DNA of 52,660 nt from an uncultured Gammaproteobacteria bacterium. GTDB taxonomy: Bacteria; Patescibacteriota; Patescibacteriia; Magasanikbacterales; UBA922. Every line of letters starts with the position of its first letter. The stretch's first letter is position 1. Made by a program: the position numbers and the translations under genes. Location: assembly GCA_964473715.1 (NCBI GenBank), contig CAYYQC010000001.1, positions 3,953 through 56,612 of the forward strand, given 5' to 3'. The notes below the pieces were generated by a model. That model searched no databases. It was not told the origin of the DNA and saw only the letters and a program-made list of their open reading frames with translations. Below, in pieces: positions 7,611-16,444 of this stretch.

Positions 7611-9395
7611 TTAAGGAATTGGCCGGCTTGGTGGTACTTGATAATATTCCATTAAATATTTAGACATTTCACCAAAGATTTGTGCCGAAGTACTTTCAGC
7701 ATAAGGAAACTTAGTTGGTTTTTCGTATTTTACGATCATTACATATTTTGGATTTTCCGCAGGTGCAAAACCAATGAATGAATGGTTGTATGTTTGGGTG
7801 TATCCCCCACTGGTTGAGTTTGCAATTTCCGCGGTTCCAGATTTTCCTGCAACACGGTAACCAGGCACACGCGCGCGGCCAGCATAACCAGTATCCACGG
7901 CCATTACCAACATGTTTGCAATTTGACTGGCACCACGACGGGTTAATACTGTACCTTCGATTTTAGGTTTAGTAATTTCTGTATGACCATCAGCAAAATG
8001 TTTTTCTTTTACTATATATGGACGCATTAAATTTCCACCATTAGCAATCGCACTAAAAGCTGTAGCCATTTGCAGCGGAGTCACAGTCACACCCTGCCCA
8101 AAAGAAGCTGTACCTGTGTAACAATCTAATTTATTGCCTTTATTAATCATTAAAGAATCAATGGTTCCGCTCACTTCAGTATCCACGTCAATGCCAGTTT
8201 CCACACCAAATCCAAAACGCTTTACATATTTTACAAATTTATCCTTACCCAAATGATCAACCACGTACACCATCCCAGTATTGATGGATTTTACAATAAC
8301 AGTAGTCATATCCATGGCACCGTGAGTACGATTACCAGCATTTTGAATTGGACCCTGACACACTCCATCTCTACGACCAGTATCAGTATACGGTGTGGTT
8401 GGGGCAACCACATTTTCATTCAAAGCTGCAGCCATGCCAATTGGTTTAAAAATCGAACCGGGTTCATATGGTGTAAACACTGTTCGGTTATTAAAAACAT
8501 CAATTGATTTTACTTGACTATAATTATTTGGATCAAAATCTGGAAGTGAACACATTACTAATACGGCACCAGTAAATGGGTCCATAATGACCATGGCCGC
8601 GCTTTCTGCATTATATTCCAACATCCCTTGACGTAAACGCTCACAAGCCTTGTATTGCAAAGTACGATCAATCGTTAACACCAAATCAGTACCATCAGTG
8701 GCTGGCTGCAATGATTTAGGCTGAATTATACCATTACCGCCTTTTAGACCTTCGGCTACACCTCCCCTGCCTGCAAGTTCTGCTTGCCAATATCCTTCAA
8801 TGCCATATTTACCCCACGGTGCACCATCTTTATTTTTTCCTACAAATCCAATCACAGAAGCAGCTAGATTTTTCTCTGGATAATATCGTTGTGGCACGCG
8901 CGCAAAACCAATACCCGTCAATTTCAAACTTTTTAAATCTTCCATGGTTTTTTGATCCAATTTTTGCTCAATTGGCTCATATGGATCAGTACGTTTATTT
9001 AATTGTTTAATTAATTCTGCTTTGCGCTCTACGGAATAATTAAATTTTTCTGCAATTTTATTAGCGACGTTTAAAGACACTTCATCAGTTTTAAGCAAAC
9101 GCGTATCTGCAAACATAATATACACGTCCTGATTAATGGCCACTGGAAAAGCGGCACCAGTACGTGAATCTTGAATAAAAATTTCACCACGCTTTGGTGT
9201 GAGAGTACTACTAGTTTCATGCGCACTAGCAGCCAAAGCAATATAAAAATCATGCTGCCAAACCATGAGAAAAAATAAACGCATGACAATTATTCCAATA
9301 CCCGCAAAAAGAAACCAAGTAGCAACTTGGATTCGATTAAAATCTACAGGGCCAGAATTTGCAGCCCGGCGTTGGGGTCGTGAGGCATCGTACAC
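7611..9395 (-). CDS. class B penicillin-binding protein (PBP2/FtsI-type peptidoglycan D,D-transpeptidase)
   Basis: 594 aa. N-terminal TM anchor, then transpeptidase motifs SIFK (SxxK), SIN (SxN) and KSGT (K[ST]G). Confidence 0.9.
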   Translation of the reverse strand: MYDASRPQRRAANSGPVDFNRIQVATWFLFAGIGIIVMRLFFLMVWQHDFYIALAASAHETSSTLTPKRGEIFIQDSRTGAAFPVAINQDVYIMFADTRLLKTDEVSLNVANKIAEKFNYSVERKAELIKQLNKRTDPYEPIEQKLDQKTMEDLKSLKLTGIGFARVPQRYYPEKNLAASVIGFVGKNKDGAPWGKYGIEGYWQAELAGRGGVAEGLKGGNGIIQPKSLQPATDGTDLVLTIDRTLQYKACERLRQGMLEYNAESAAMVIMDPFTGAVLVMCSLPDFDPNNYSQVKSIDVFNNRTVFTPYEPGSIFKPIGMAAALNENVVAPTTPYTDTGRRDGVCQGPIQNAGNRTHGAMDMTTVIVKSINTGMVYVVDHLGKDKFVKYVKRFGFGVETGIDVDTEVSGTIDSLMINKGNKLDCYTGTASFGQGVTVTPLQMATAFSAIANGGNLMRPYIVKEKHFADGHTEITKPKIEGTVLTRRGASQIANMLVMAVDTGYAGRARVPGYRVAGKSGTAEIANSTSGGYTQTYNHSFIGFAPAENPKYVMIVKYEKPTKFPYAESTSAQIFGEMSKYLMEYYQVPPSRPIP

Positions 9396-9413
9396 AAAAA
9401 TAGTATTTGTCTT

Positions 9414-9422
9414 ATTATATCA
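9414..9422 (-). promoter_or_regulatory. extended -10 promoter element (TGATATAAT) for the PBP gene
   Basis: The minus strand reads TGATATAAT, about 19 nt upstream of the GTG start at 9395. There is no good -35 element. Confidence 0.4.
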
Positions 9423-9452
9423 CATGTAGCCTTACTTTTCCCCAACTAATTT

Positions 9453-9481
9453 TTGACAACTTTTATTGAACATTGTACTCT
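9453..9481 (+). promoter_or_regulatory. candidate promoter TTGACA-N17-TACTCT pointing into the GC-rich patch
   Basis: TTGACA at 9453-9458, a 17-nt spacer, then TACTCT at 9476-9481. Confidence 0.35.
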
Positions 9482-9491
9482 ATTTTCACAT

Positions 9492-9704
9492 TTACGCGTC
9501 CAAGGACGCATGGGGGAAAACATGGAAGTTGGTCTTCTGTTTCAGCACCGCGTCACGCTCCTGATTGTTGGCTCCAAGGCGATCAGCGCTGTCGCCCTCT
9601 TGATCGGCATGATCGGCTGACTCTACCGTCCGCGGGCTTGGAGATTTCTCCAGGCCTTGCGGGCGGCTCAAACAAATATATTTAAGAATGATTGACAAGG
9701 TCAT
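9492..9704 (-). CDS. candidate 70-aa acidic protein, ATGA-coupled to the upstream GT4 gene; mutually exclusive with the plus-strand sORF
   Basis: Its ATG (9704-9702) overlaps the TGA stop (9703-9701) of the GT4 gene. The codon pattern is G-rich at first positions (GCC GAT CAT GCC GAT CAA GAG GGC GAC). No family recognised. Confidence 0.3.
   Translation of the reverse strand: MTLSIILKYICLSRPQGLEKSPSPRTVESADHADQEGDSADRLGANNQERDAVLKQKTNFHVFPHASLDA
9510..9620 (+). CDS. candidate small hydrophobic peptide (36 aa from ATG 9510, or 32 aa from ATG 9522); mutually exclusive with the minus-strand ORF 9492-9704
   Basis: Hand translation: MGENMEVGLLFQHRVTLLIVGSKAISAVALLIGMIG, then stop TGA at 9618-9620. 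GGGGGA lies 5 nt before the second ATG. The ORF is below the track's size cut-off and is followed 5 nt later by a long GC-rich hairpin. Confidence 0.3.
   Translation: MGENMEVGLLFQHRVTLLIVGSKAISAVALLIGMIG
9626..9666. other. long GC-rich stem-loop (about 18 bp with one bulge)
   Basis: CCGTCCGCGGGCTTGGAG - ATTT - CTCCAGGCCTTGCGGGCGG pairs with one bulged T and a few G-U pairs. No U-run follows on either strand. Confidence 0.55.
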
Positions 9705-10903
9705 TTTTTTGTTTTATTCAAAAGTTCAGAGTACAAAGCCTCAAGTTTACCAACAATAAGCGGCCAAGCAAATTTATTTTCGGCCACAGCTCGCGCAGCC
9801 GCTCGCCATGCACCTTGGTCAACTTCAGGTTGAAAATATTCAAATAAAATTCTGCACAATTCTTGTGGATTGCCTGGAGCAAAAATTGTTCCAGCTTCAG
9901 CTGCCACAGTCCGTACACCAGGCAGATCACTAGCTACCACTGGCACACCGCTAGCATAGGCTTCAAGTAAAACCATGCCAAACGCTTCACCCACAGTAGT
10001 CGAAGGTAAAATTACTAAATCCGCGTTTTGATAAAAAACAGGTAAATCTTCATCACTCACTCGCCCAACAAATTTTACTAACTGCGCCACACCAAGACCT
10101 TGGGCTTTTAATTCATATTCAGCGCGAAGTTCTCCGTCTCCAACTAAAATAGCTTGAACTTGACTGCCCGCATTTTTGGCCAATAATATCGCTTCTAATA
10201 AAACCATTACTCCTTTAAAAAAATGTGCTTGGTCCATTCCACCAACAAAAAGTACTGTGGGCAAATTTGGATCTAATCCTTGGGCGGCAATAAAATTTGA
10301 ATCAATAGGTGCAGGACAAAAACGTTTGGTATCCACACCAAACGGGAGTTCTACCCACTTAAGTGGATTGCTCGCAAAAACTGCGGCCGCATCACTGGCG
10401 CGTGCATAATCAAAAGAACTGGCAATAATTTTATCAGCTACTTTTAAAATTTTTGGTAAATAATATTTAGAATATAATTTGAAAAATAATCCAATCCAAC
10501 CTGGCGCGCGTGTATCCATGTGATACGTAATGACCAATGGCTTAAGAGGATTTTTTACTTTCCAACGACGCACCAAATTAGCCGTACCAAAAAAAGGATA
10601 ATGTAAATGTACTAAATCAAATTGTTCTAATTCTTTATCTAAATTTGGTAAACGCGCGGCATTGCCATAAGTAATAGTTGGTTCTAAACGACGAACAAAA
10701 TCAAGATCTTTTTGGAGTGATGGGGCATGCGTTTTTTCCGGTTCTGCTTCGGCGGGTTTTATTTCTTGTTCTTCGTAATAATCAGGGGTAATAACTTCCA
10801 CACTGTGCCCGCGTTTGGCCAATTCCACGGCCGTTTCAAAAACCACCGTGCCCATACCACTATAATAGGGCGGAAAACGACAAACTATATGGGCGATTTT
10901 CAT
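9701..10903 (-). CDS. GT4-family glycosyltransferase
   Basis: 400 aa, GT-B pattern with the E-x7-E motif GEAFGMVLLEAYASGVPVV. Confidence 0.85.
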   Translation of the reverse strand: MKIAHIVCRFPPYYSGMGTVVFETAVELAKRGHSVEVITPDYYEEQEIKPAEAEPEKTHAPSLQKDLDFVRRLEPTITYGNAARLPNLDKELEQFDLVHLHYPFFGTANLVRRWKVKNPLKPLVITYHMDTRAPGWIGLFFKLYSKYYLPKILKVADKIIASSFDYARASDAAAVFASNPLKWVELPFGVDTKRFCPAPIDSNFIAAQGLDPNLPTVLFVGGMDQAHFFKGVMVLLEAILLAKNAGSQVQAILVGDGELRAEYELKAQGLGVAQLVKFVGRVSDEDLPVFYQNADLVILPSTTVGEAFGMVLLEAYASGVPVVASDLPGVRTVAAEAGTIFAPGNPQELCRILFEYFQPEVDQGAWRAAARAVAENKFAWPLIVGKLEALYSELLNKTKK

Positions 10904-11235
10904 AAGCGCTTATCCTTATTTTCCAAGGCATTCCGGCGCACCACCTTAGTAATATCGCGCTGTACAGATTCCAATTTTACCGAAAGGCGAAAAATTGTGA
11001 GAAGGAGAAATGCAAGCGCGCAATAAATAACCAGGTCAACGCCACGACCAATACCCAACAAATCAGCCGCGGTTTGAACACTATTTGGATACCACGCCAT
11101 CACCAGCATGGTTATCCAAATTAAAAGCCACCAGGCTGTGCCACGAATACTGAGTAATCCTTCTCGGCGACGCTGCCAAACCAAAAACGCACCAGAAACG
11201 GCAAATAAGGTAAAGATTATTTTAAAAAAAATCAT
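10900..11235 (-). CDS. DUF2304-family small membrane protein
   Basis: 111 aa with 3-4 TM helices. It sits immediately after a GT2 gene with a 4-nt overlap, which is the usual GT2-DUF2304 pairing. Confidence 0.65.
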   Translation of the reverse strand: MIFFKIIFTLFAVSGAFLVWQRRREGLLSIRGTAWWLLIWITMLVMAWYPNSVQTAADLLGIGRGVDLVIYCALAFLLLTIFRLSVKLESVQRDITKVVRRNALENKDKRL

Positions 11236-11888
11236 ACTATTTTATTCATAATTAGGTCGCGAATAATTTTAAATCCACCATCTAAATTCTGTCCAAATCT
11301 TTTATACGTAACAATAATTGGCATTTCTGCGTATTGTAAGTTATGTTTGGAAATTAATTGTGGAATTTCGGTAGCATGGGCCATGCGCGCTTGATTCAAG
11401 CGGAGTACATCCAGAGCTGTATGATTAAAAATTCGAAAACCATTATGTGCGTCTGTCAGTGGAGCGGCACCAGCCACTCGTTCAATGAGGCGCGCAATTG
11501 GTAAAATAATATTTTTTTTAAATTTCGGAATATTAGATTCCATTCCCAAAAAACGAGAACCTAAAATAATATCAACTTTAGACTTTTGCAACTGTTCAAT
11601 TCCCTTTTGTACATCTTCTGGATTAAATTGTCCGTCGGCATCAAAATGCACGACAATCTCCGCATTTTTTTGGCGGGCATATTCATGGCCAGTTTCCAAA
11701 GCCGCGCCTTGCCCACGATTAAGTTCATGCACCAAAACCGTGGCCCCAGTAGCCCGAGCTTCTGTTACCGTCCCGTCTGCAGAACCATCATCAACCACCA
11801 CCACTTCATCAACAAATGGCAAAAGACCACGGATAACACCTCCGATATTCTTTGCTTCATTATAGGCTGGAACAATGGCAATTTTCAT
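11232..11888 (-). CDS. GT2-family glycosyltransferase (polyprenol-phosphate sugar synthase-like)
   Basis: VPAYNEAKNI, VVVDDGSADGT and FDADGQ (DxD) motifs. Confidence 0.85.
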   Translation of the reverse strand: MKIAIVPAYNEAKNIGGVIRGLLPFVDEVVVVDDGSADGTVTEARATGATVLVHELNRGQGAALETGHEYARQKNAEIVVHFDADGQFNPEDVQKGIEQLQKSKVDIILGSRFLGMESNIPKFKKNIILPIARLIERVAGAAPLTDAHNGFRIFNHTALDVLRLNQARMAHATEIPQLISKHNLQYAEMPIIVTYKRFGQNLDGGFKIIRDLIMNKIV

Positions 11889-11897
11889 ACCCCCACC

Positions 11898-12920
11898 TTA
11901 CAACAAGGCTTCTTTATTGGCAACCGTGTAATCAATGGTTCGCTGTAAACCGTCTTGAAGCCTAACCAAAGGCAACCAACCCAGGTCTTCTTTGGCACGA
12001 TGTAATTCTGGTTTACCTTTGCGAGTCAAAAATACCAAAGGTGCTTCAAACACAATTCGTGAAGATGAATGTGTCATGCTAATAATTTTTTCGGCAACTT
12101 CAATCATTTTAATTGGCTCTTCTGAACCAATGTTTACAATGCGCAATTCTGGTGAAGTTTTCATTAAACGTACCAAACCATCAACCGTATCAGTCACAAA
12201 ACATAATGATTGTTCCATTTGTCCATCACCATAAATTACCAAGTCCTTACCTTCAATGGCATGTAAAATAAAATCAGGTACAAGCAAACCATCACGCAAT
12301 TTCATCCGCGGACCGTAGGTAGTAAAAATACGCGCAATCTTGGCATCAATTTTATATACTTGTGAGTATGTTTCCACGCAAGTTTCTGCAAAACGTTTAC
12401 CTTCATCATAACAGCCACGCGGTGAAAGATGATTTAATTTTCGTGCCTCATCATCTTCATTAAAAACATTGTGGTCATCTGTCGCATCTCCGTACACTAC
12501 CGAACTAGAACCAAACACATATTTAGCTTTATATTTCACTGCTAAATCAAGCGTAGAAAGCATGGCCCGAGAATTAGCCCACAAAGAATGAATTTTTAAA
12601 TTCTCAAAATTCTTAGGACTCGTTGGGCAAGCTAAATGATAAATTTCTTGAATACCTTGAAACTTTACACGAAATTTATCTAGTTCAGGAAACATGTCCA
12701 AATCTAGTGGCTGATTAACATCATATTTAATAAACTCAAAATCTGGATATTGCAATAAATGTTCAATATTCCGCAAATCAGAATTAGAAAAATCATCGAT
12801 ACAGATAACTTTGGCCTCACGTAATAAACGCTCACATAGATGCGAGCCAATAAAACCTGCTCCACCAGTGACTAAAACATTTTTTTTCTCAAAAATTGGC
12901 ACTTCAGTTGTTCCATTCAT
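11898..12920 (-). CDS. NAD-dependent SDR, UDP-glucuronate decarboxylase (UXS)-like
   Basis: VTGGAGFIGSHL Rossmann motif and YDEGKR (YxxxK). The start was moved to ATG 12920 (MNGTTEVPIF...), which removes the track's 80-nt overlap with the upstream protease gene. Confidence 0.78.
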   Translation of the reverse strand: MNGTTEVPIFEKKNVLVTGGAGFIGSHLCERLLREAKVICIDDFSNSDLRNIEHLLQYPDFEFIKYDVNQPLDLDMFPELDKFRVKFQGIQEIYHLACPTSPKNFENLKIHSLWANSRAMLSTLDLAVKYKAKYVFGSSSVVYGDATDDHNVFNEDDEARKLNHLSPRGCYDEGKRFAETCVETYSQVYKIDAKIARIFTTYGPRMKLRDGLLVPDFILHAIEGKDLVIYGDGQMEQSLCFVTDTVDGLVRLMKTSPELRIVNIGSEEPIKMIEVAEKIISMTHSSSRIVFEAPLVFLTRKGKPELHRAKEDLGWLPLVRLQDGLQRTIDYTVANKEALL

Positions 12921-12921
12921 A

Positions 12922-14979
12922 TTAGCGAGGTAAAAGGAAAAATGAGCCAGTAAAAGGTGCAGACCATTCACCCGCGTTTTTAGCGCGCGCAGTCCACGCA
13001 CGAATTGGACCAGCAGTATTGGCAGAATAGGTTAGTAAGTCTTGAGTACCGTTGGCATCAGCATCAACCACAATTACGCTTACTCCATTTTTCCGACCAT
13101 CTCCAAATGGAGAAAATGAACGCAACAACTCACCTTCACCATTATAAATACTAACCACATCAGACATTCCAGGACTGGCCCCCAGTACCACATCACCAGT
13201 TTCTTTATTAACTGCAATTGAAGGGTGTTTACCAAGATCAGACACTTCAAAAGTCATCGAAGGCAGTTCACCAGGAACTACTTCTTCAAAAATATTTACA
13301 ACTACTTTATTTTCCAAGTCATACACGACATATACTTTTCCACCAACCATGGCAATAGAAGCGCCTTTGTGCGCCGTGTATTGATTACTGACTTCTTCAA
13401 ACACCACTCCAGAATCATTGTACACAATAAAGGTGGTTTTATGTGGCACAGTAGGAGCCAGAGCCACGGTAATATTTCCGGTTTTATCTTTGCCTATAGC
13501 CACTTGCACAGGCACACTCAATGTTGAGTTCCATGTTTTTTGTAATTGCCATTTATTATTATAAATAGAAACCACGCGCACATTTTTTGCACCAACTTTT
13601 ACCGTCGCAATAATTTGATCAGCCCCAGTACCATGCGCAGCAGCACTTTCAATATTTTTTGCTTCAGGCCGTTCATATTGCCCACCAAGTTCAAATGAAT
13701 CATTGTACGCGTCACGCATTTGACCAACAGCACCAACGGCTACAAATGTTTTTACATGTACTGGCTTAACTGGAGTCGTATCAAGAACCGGTTTAGTAAC
13801 CGGAACAGTTGTAGTTGGAGTTACGGGAATAGCAATAGGAATATTTACGTCAGTAGAAGTTTGGAACATGGTTAGTGGTAATTCGCGACCTTGCGCATAA
13901 GCCACAGCACGATGCACTTGCAACAACCCTTTGCCATATAGATTTGCATAGGCTTCTTCATCCTGAGATGGTGTGTGATGAGTGGTTGTCAGAATGGCCT
14001 GATAAATTTCTTTTGCGCTCCATTCTGGTTTAGCACTTTTTACCAAAGCCGCGGCTCCAGATACAAATGGAGCAGCAAATGAAGTGCCTTGCCAATTATC
14101 TTTGTATGTTTCATTCAAAGCACTTTCTGGAGCAAATCGAATTAAGGAATTAATACTAACTCCAGGCGCAGTAATATCTACACATTTTGTACCAGTATTG
14201 GAAAAATAAGCTAAACGTCTGTCTTGTCCCACGGCGCTAACACCAAGCACATGAGGTTCAATTTCATTTGCATCACTGCAAGCAGGATATCGTGGTTGTA
14301 CGGAAGCATTGCCATTATAATTTCCCATGGCCGCTACCACGACCACACCATTTGCATACGCATAATCAATGGCTTCATCTACTTGAGAAGCGCGATCACC
14401 CGCCATACTAATATTAATCACATCAGCGCCATTATCTACTGCGTATCGAATCGCATCAGCCACTGGTAAAAAATTTCCAAATCCATCATTACCTAAAACT
14501 TTTAAATTCATTAGTTTTACATTCCAAGCCACGCCAGCTCCATCACGACCATTATTTCCTACTGCACCAATAATCCCAGCCACAAAAGTGCCGTGATTAT
14601 ATAATTCATCTTTTTTTTCAGCTGCACCTAAATTTGAAACATTTGGCTGCGGATTATTATTGTCATCTAAAAAATTCCAACCCCACACATCATCAATGTA
14701 TCCATTTTCATCATCATCTACTTGATTGCCCGGACTTTCTTTAACATTTTTCCAAACATTTCCTACTAAATCTGGATGAAAAGTGTCAAAACCATTATCA
14801 ATCACCGCCACCACCACCTCAGGCGAACCAACCGCAAAATCCCAGGCACGATAAACACCAGCCTGTTCATACCCAAATTGATAGACCCTAGGGTCGTTAC
14901 TGAGCAAAGCCCAAGAAACTTGAGGCAGAGCAATACCAAGGACAGTCAGGATAAAAATGAGGGAGAAAAAGCGTTTCAT
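12922..14979 (-). CDS. secreted S8 (subtilisin-like) serine peptidase with a C-terminal FG-GAP-like beta-propeller region
   Basis: Signal peptide MKRFFSLIFILTVLGIALPQVSWA. Catalytic triad contexts are VAVIDNG (Asp), HGTFVAGIIG (His) and GTSFAAPFVSGAAAL (Ser). The C-terminus contains DADANGTQD. ATG 14979 is preferred over the track's TTG at 14997. Confidence 0.87.
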   Translation of the reverse strand: MKRFFSLIFILTVLGIALPQVSWALLSNDPRVYQFGYEQAGVYRAWDFAVGSPEVVVAVIDNGFDTFHPDLVGNVWKNVKESPGNQVDDDENGYIDDVWGWNFLDDNNNPQPNVSNLGAAEKKDELYNHGTFVAGIIGAVGNNGRDGAGVAWNVKLMNLKVLGNDGFGNFLPVADAIRYAVDNGADVINISMAGDRASQVDEAIDYAYANGVVVVAAMGNYNGNASVQPRYPACSDANEIEPHVLGVSAVGQDRRLAYFSNTGTKCVDITAPGVSINSLIRFAPESALNETYKDNWQGTSFAAPFVSGAAALVKSAKPEWSAKEIYQAILTTTHHTPSQDEEAYANLYGKGLLQVHRAVAYAQGRELPLTMFQTSTDVNIPIAIPVTPTTTVPVTKPVLDTTPVKPVHVKTFVAVGAVGQMRDAYNDSFELGGQYERPEAKNIESAAAHGTGADQIIATVKVGAKNVRVVSIYNNKWQLQKTWNSTLSVPVQVAIGKDKTGNITVALAPTVPHKTTFIVYNDSGVVFEEVSNQYTAHKGASIAMVGGKVYVVYDLENKVVVNIFEEVVPGELPSMTFEVSDLGKHPSIAVNKETGDVVLGASPGMSDVVSIYNGEGELLRSFSPFGDGRKNGVSVIVVDADANGTQDLLTYSANTAGPIRAWTARAKNAGEWSAPFTGSFFLLPR

Positions 14980-15050
14980 CTTGATTTTTTCGCTCAAATA
15001 TGGTTAATTATGTGGGTATACTATACCATGTTTTACTTCTTGCCCGCAAT

Positions 15051-16442
15051 ATGAATTTTACCTATAGACTAAAGCAAATCATTCTTCTCGCCGGTGACCT
15101 CATTGTTACCACCCTCGCTCTCTTTCTCAGTTTGACTCTTCGTCAACTTTCTTTGCCTTCAGCCAATATCATTGCTACACATTTACCATTATTACTCATG
15201 CTCATTGTTGTATGGGGAATAAGTAATTACATCAATGGCTTATACGAGCTCGGCCGTTTAAACCAAGCAGACAGAGTACGTCGTTTATCTCAGGCCGCGA
15301 TCATGTCATTTTTTTTGAGTGTGATGGCTTTTTACGGATTTGGTAATACAGCAGTGACACCAAAAACTATTTTGCTTTTAAGTATTACCATTGGATACAC
15401 CTTATTTGGTTTATGGCGTTTGGCTTTTAGTCACATTCTTTCCTTGTCACGATTACAGACCAAAGTAATTATGGTGGGTTATGATGAAGAAACCAAAGTG
15501 CTCACAGAAATTATTGCAGCCAATCCAGGGAAAGGTTACGCTGTGGTAGCAATTTTTGACCCAAGCCATACTTTAAAAAGTCATCAAGTGCCACAAGGAA
15601 TTAGTATTCATACTAATCTCACTACTTTGCGCGCCGCGATTACAAATTATAAAGCGCAATTAGTTGTGCCTGCACCAAGTATTTCAAGTAGCCACGAAGT
15701 GATGAGTGAATTATATGAATTATTATTTTGGCCAGTACAAATTAGTGAATTTTCTAGTTTATACGAAGTAATTACTGGACGTGTTCCAGCTTCTAGTTAT
15801 TCAGATAGTTGGTTTATTACAAATTTAGTCAATCATGACAGTGCTTTGTACGAAAGTATACGTCGTTTAATTGATTTTGTAGCCGCGATTATTTTGGGGG
15901 TGATTGCTCTAATTTTCTTCCCCTTTATTGCAGCGGCAATTCGATATGAGTCCAAAGGTCCAATTATTTTTAAACAAGTGCGTGTAGGTTGGAGAAGTAA
16001 ACATTTTTTCTTGTATAAATTTCGCACCATGTACGCACTTGCTGCTGACGGTAGTGCGGAAAAAGGCGCGGCTCAATTTGCCGAAACCAATGATAGTCGA
16101 ATTACTAAAGTGGGAAATTTTTTACGTAAAACTCGTTTAGATGAATTGCCACAAGCTTGGAATTTATTTAAGGGTGATATTACCTTAATTGGTCCACGTC
16201 CTGAACGTCCAGAGATTGTGACAAAATTAGAAACCGCTTTACCGTATTATCATTTGCGCTTACTAGTAAAACCGGGCATGACTGGTTGGGCAGCTATCAA
16301 CCAACATTATGCTGGTACACTCGAAGAAGCAATTAAAAAACTGCAGTACGATTTATTTTATATTAAAAACCGGTCCTTACTTTTGGACATGGCGATTGTA
16401 CTAAAAACCGTAAACGTCATTCTCAGAATGATGGGAAGATAG
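15051..16442 (+). CDS. polyprenyl glycosylphosphotransferase (WbaP/EpsL-type priming sugar transferase)
   Basis: N-terminal TM helices, a central Rossmann-like segment, and a C-terminal bacterial sugar transferase domain with KFRTM, DELPQ and GPRPE motifs. Start taken at ATG 15051. Confidence 0.88.
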   Translation: MNFTYRLKQIILLAGDLIVTTLALFLSLTLRQLSLPSANIIATHLPLLLMLIVVWGISNYINGLYELGRLNQADRVRRLSQAAIMSFFLSVMAFYGFGNTAVTPKTILLLSITIGYTLFGLWRLAFSHILSLSRLQTKVIMVGYDEETKVLTEIIAANPGKGYAVVAIFDPSHTLKSHQVPQGISIHTNLTTLRAAITNYKAQLVVPAPSISSSHEVMSELYELLFWPVQISEFSSLYEVITGRVPASSYSDSWFITNLVNHDSALYESIRRLIDFVAAIILGVIALIFFPFIAAAIRYESKGPIIFKQVRVGWRSKHFFLYKFRTMYALAADGSAEKGAAQFAETNDSRITKVGNFLRKTRLDELPQAWNLFKGDITLIGPRPERPEIVTKLETALPYYHLRLLVKPGMTGWAAINQHYAGTLEEAIKKLQYDLFYIKNRSLLLDMAIVLKTVNVILRMMGR

Positions 16443-16444
16443 TT

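Noticed and set aside
9473-9685. 70-aa plus-strand ORF from the track in the GC-rich patch
   Set aside because: The translation (…RPRTHGGKHGSWSSVSAPRHAPDCWLQGDQRCRPLDRHDR…) looks like an off-frame reading. The in-phase candidates are the 32-36-aa sORF (+) and the 70-aa ORF (-), both reported above.
12921-13001. N-terminal extension of the UXS-like gene (track start 13001), and similar long starts at 15000, 20001, 37520, 48138, 6338 and 47891
   Set aside because: The extensions overlap the upstream gene or run across promoter elements, and they add non-conserved residues. Internal ATGs give canonical N-termini: a Rossmann GxGxxG motif close to the start, a signal peptide, or an ATGA overlap.
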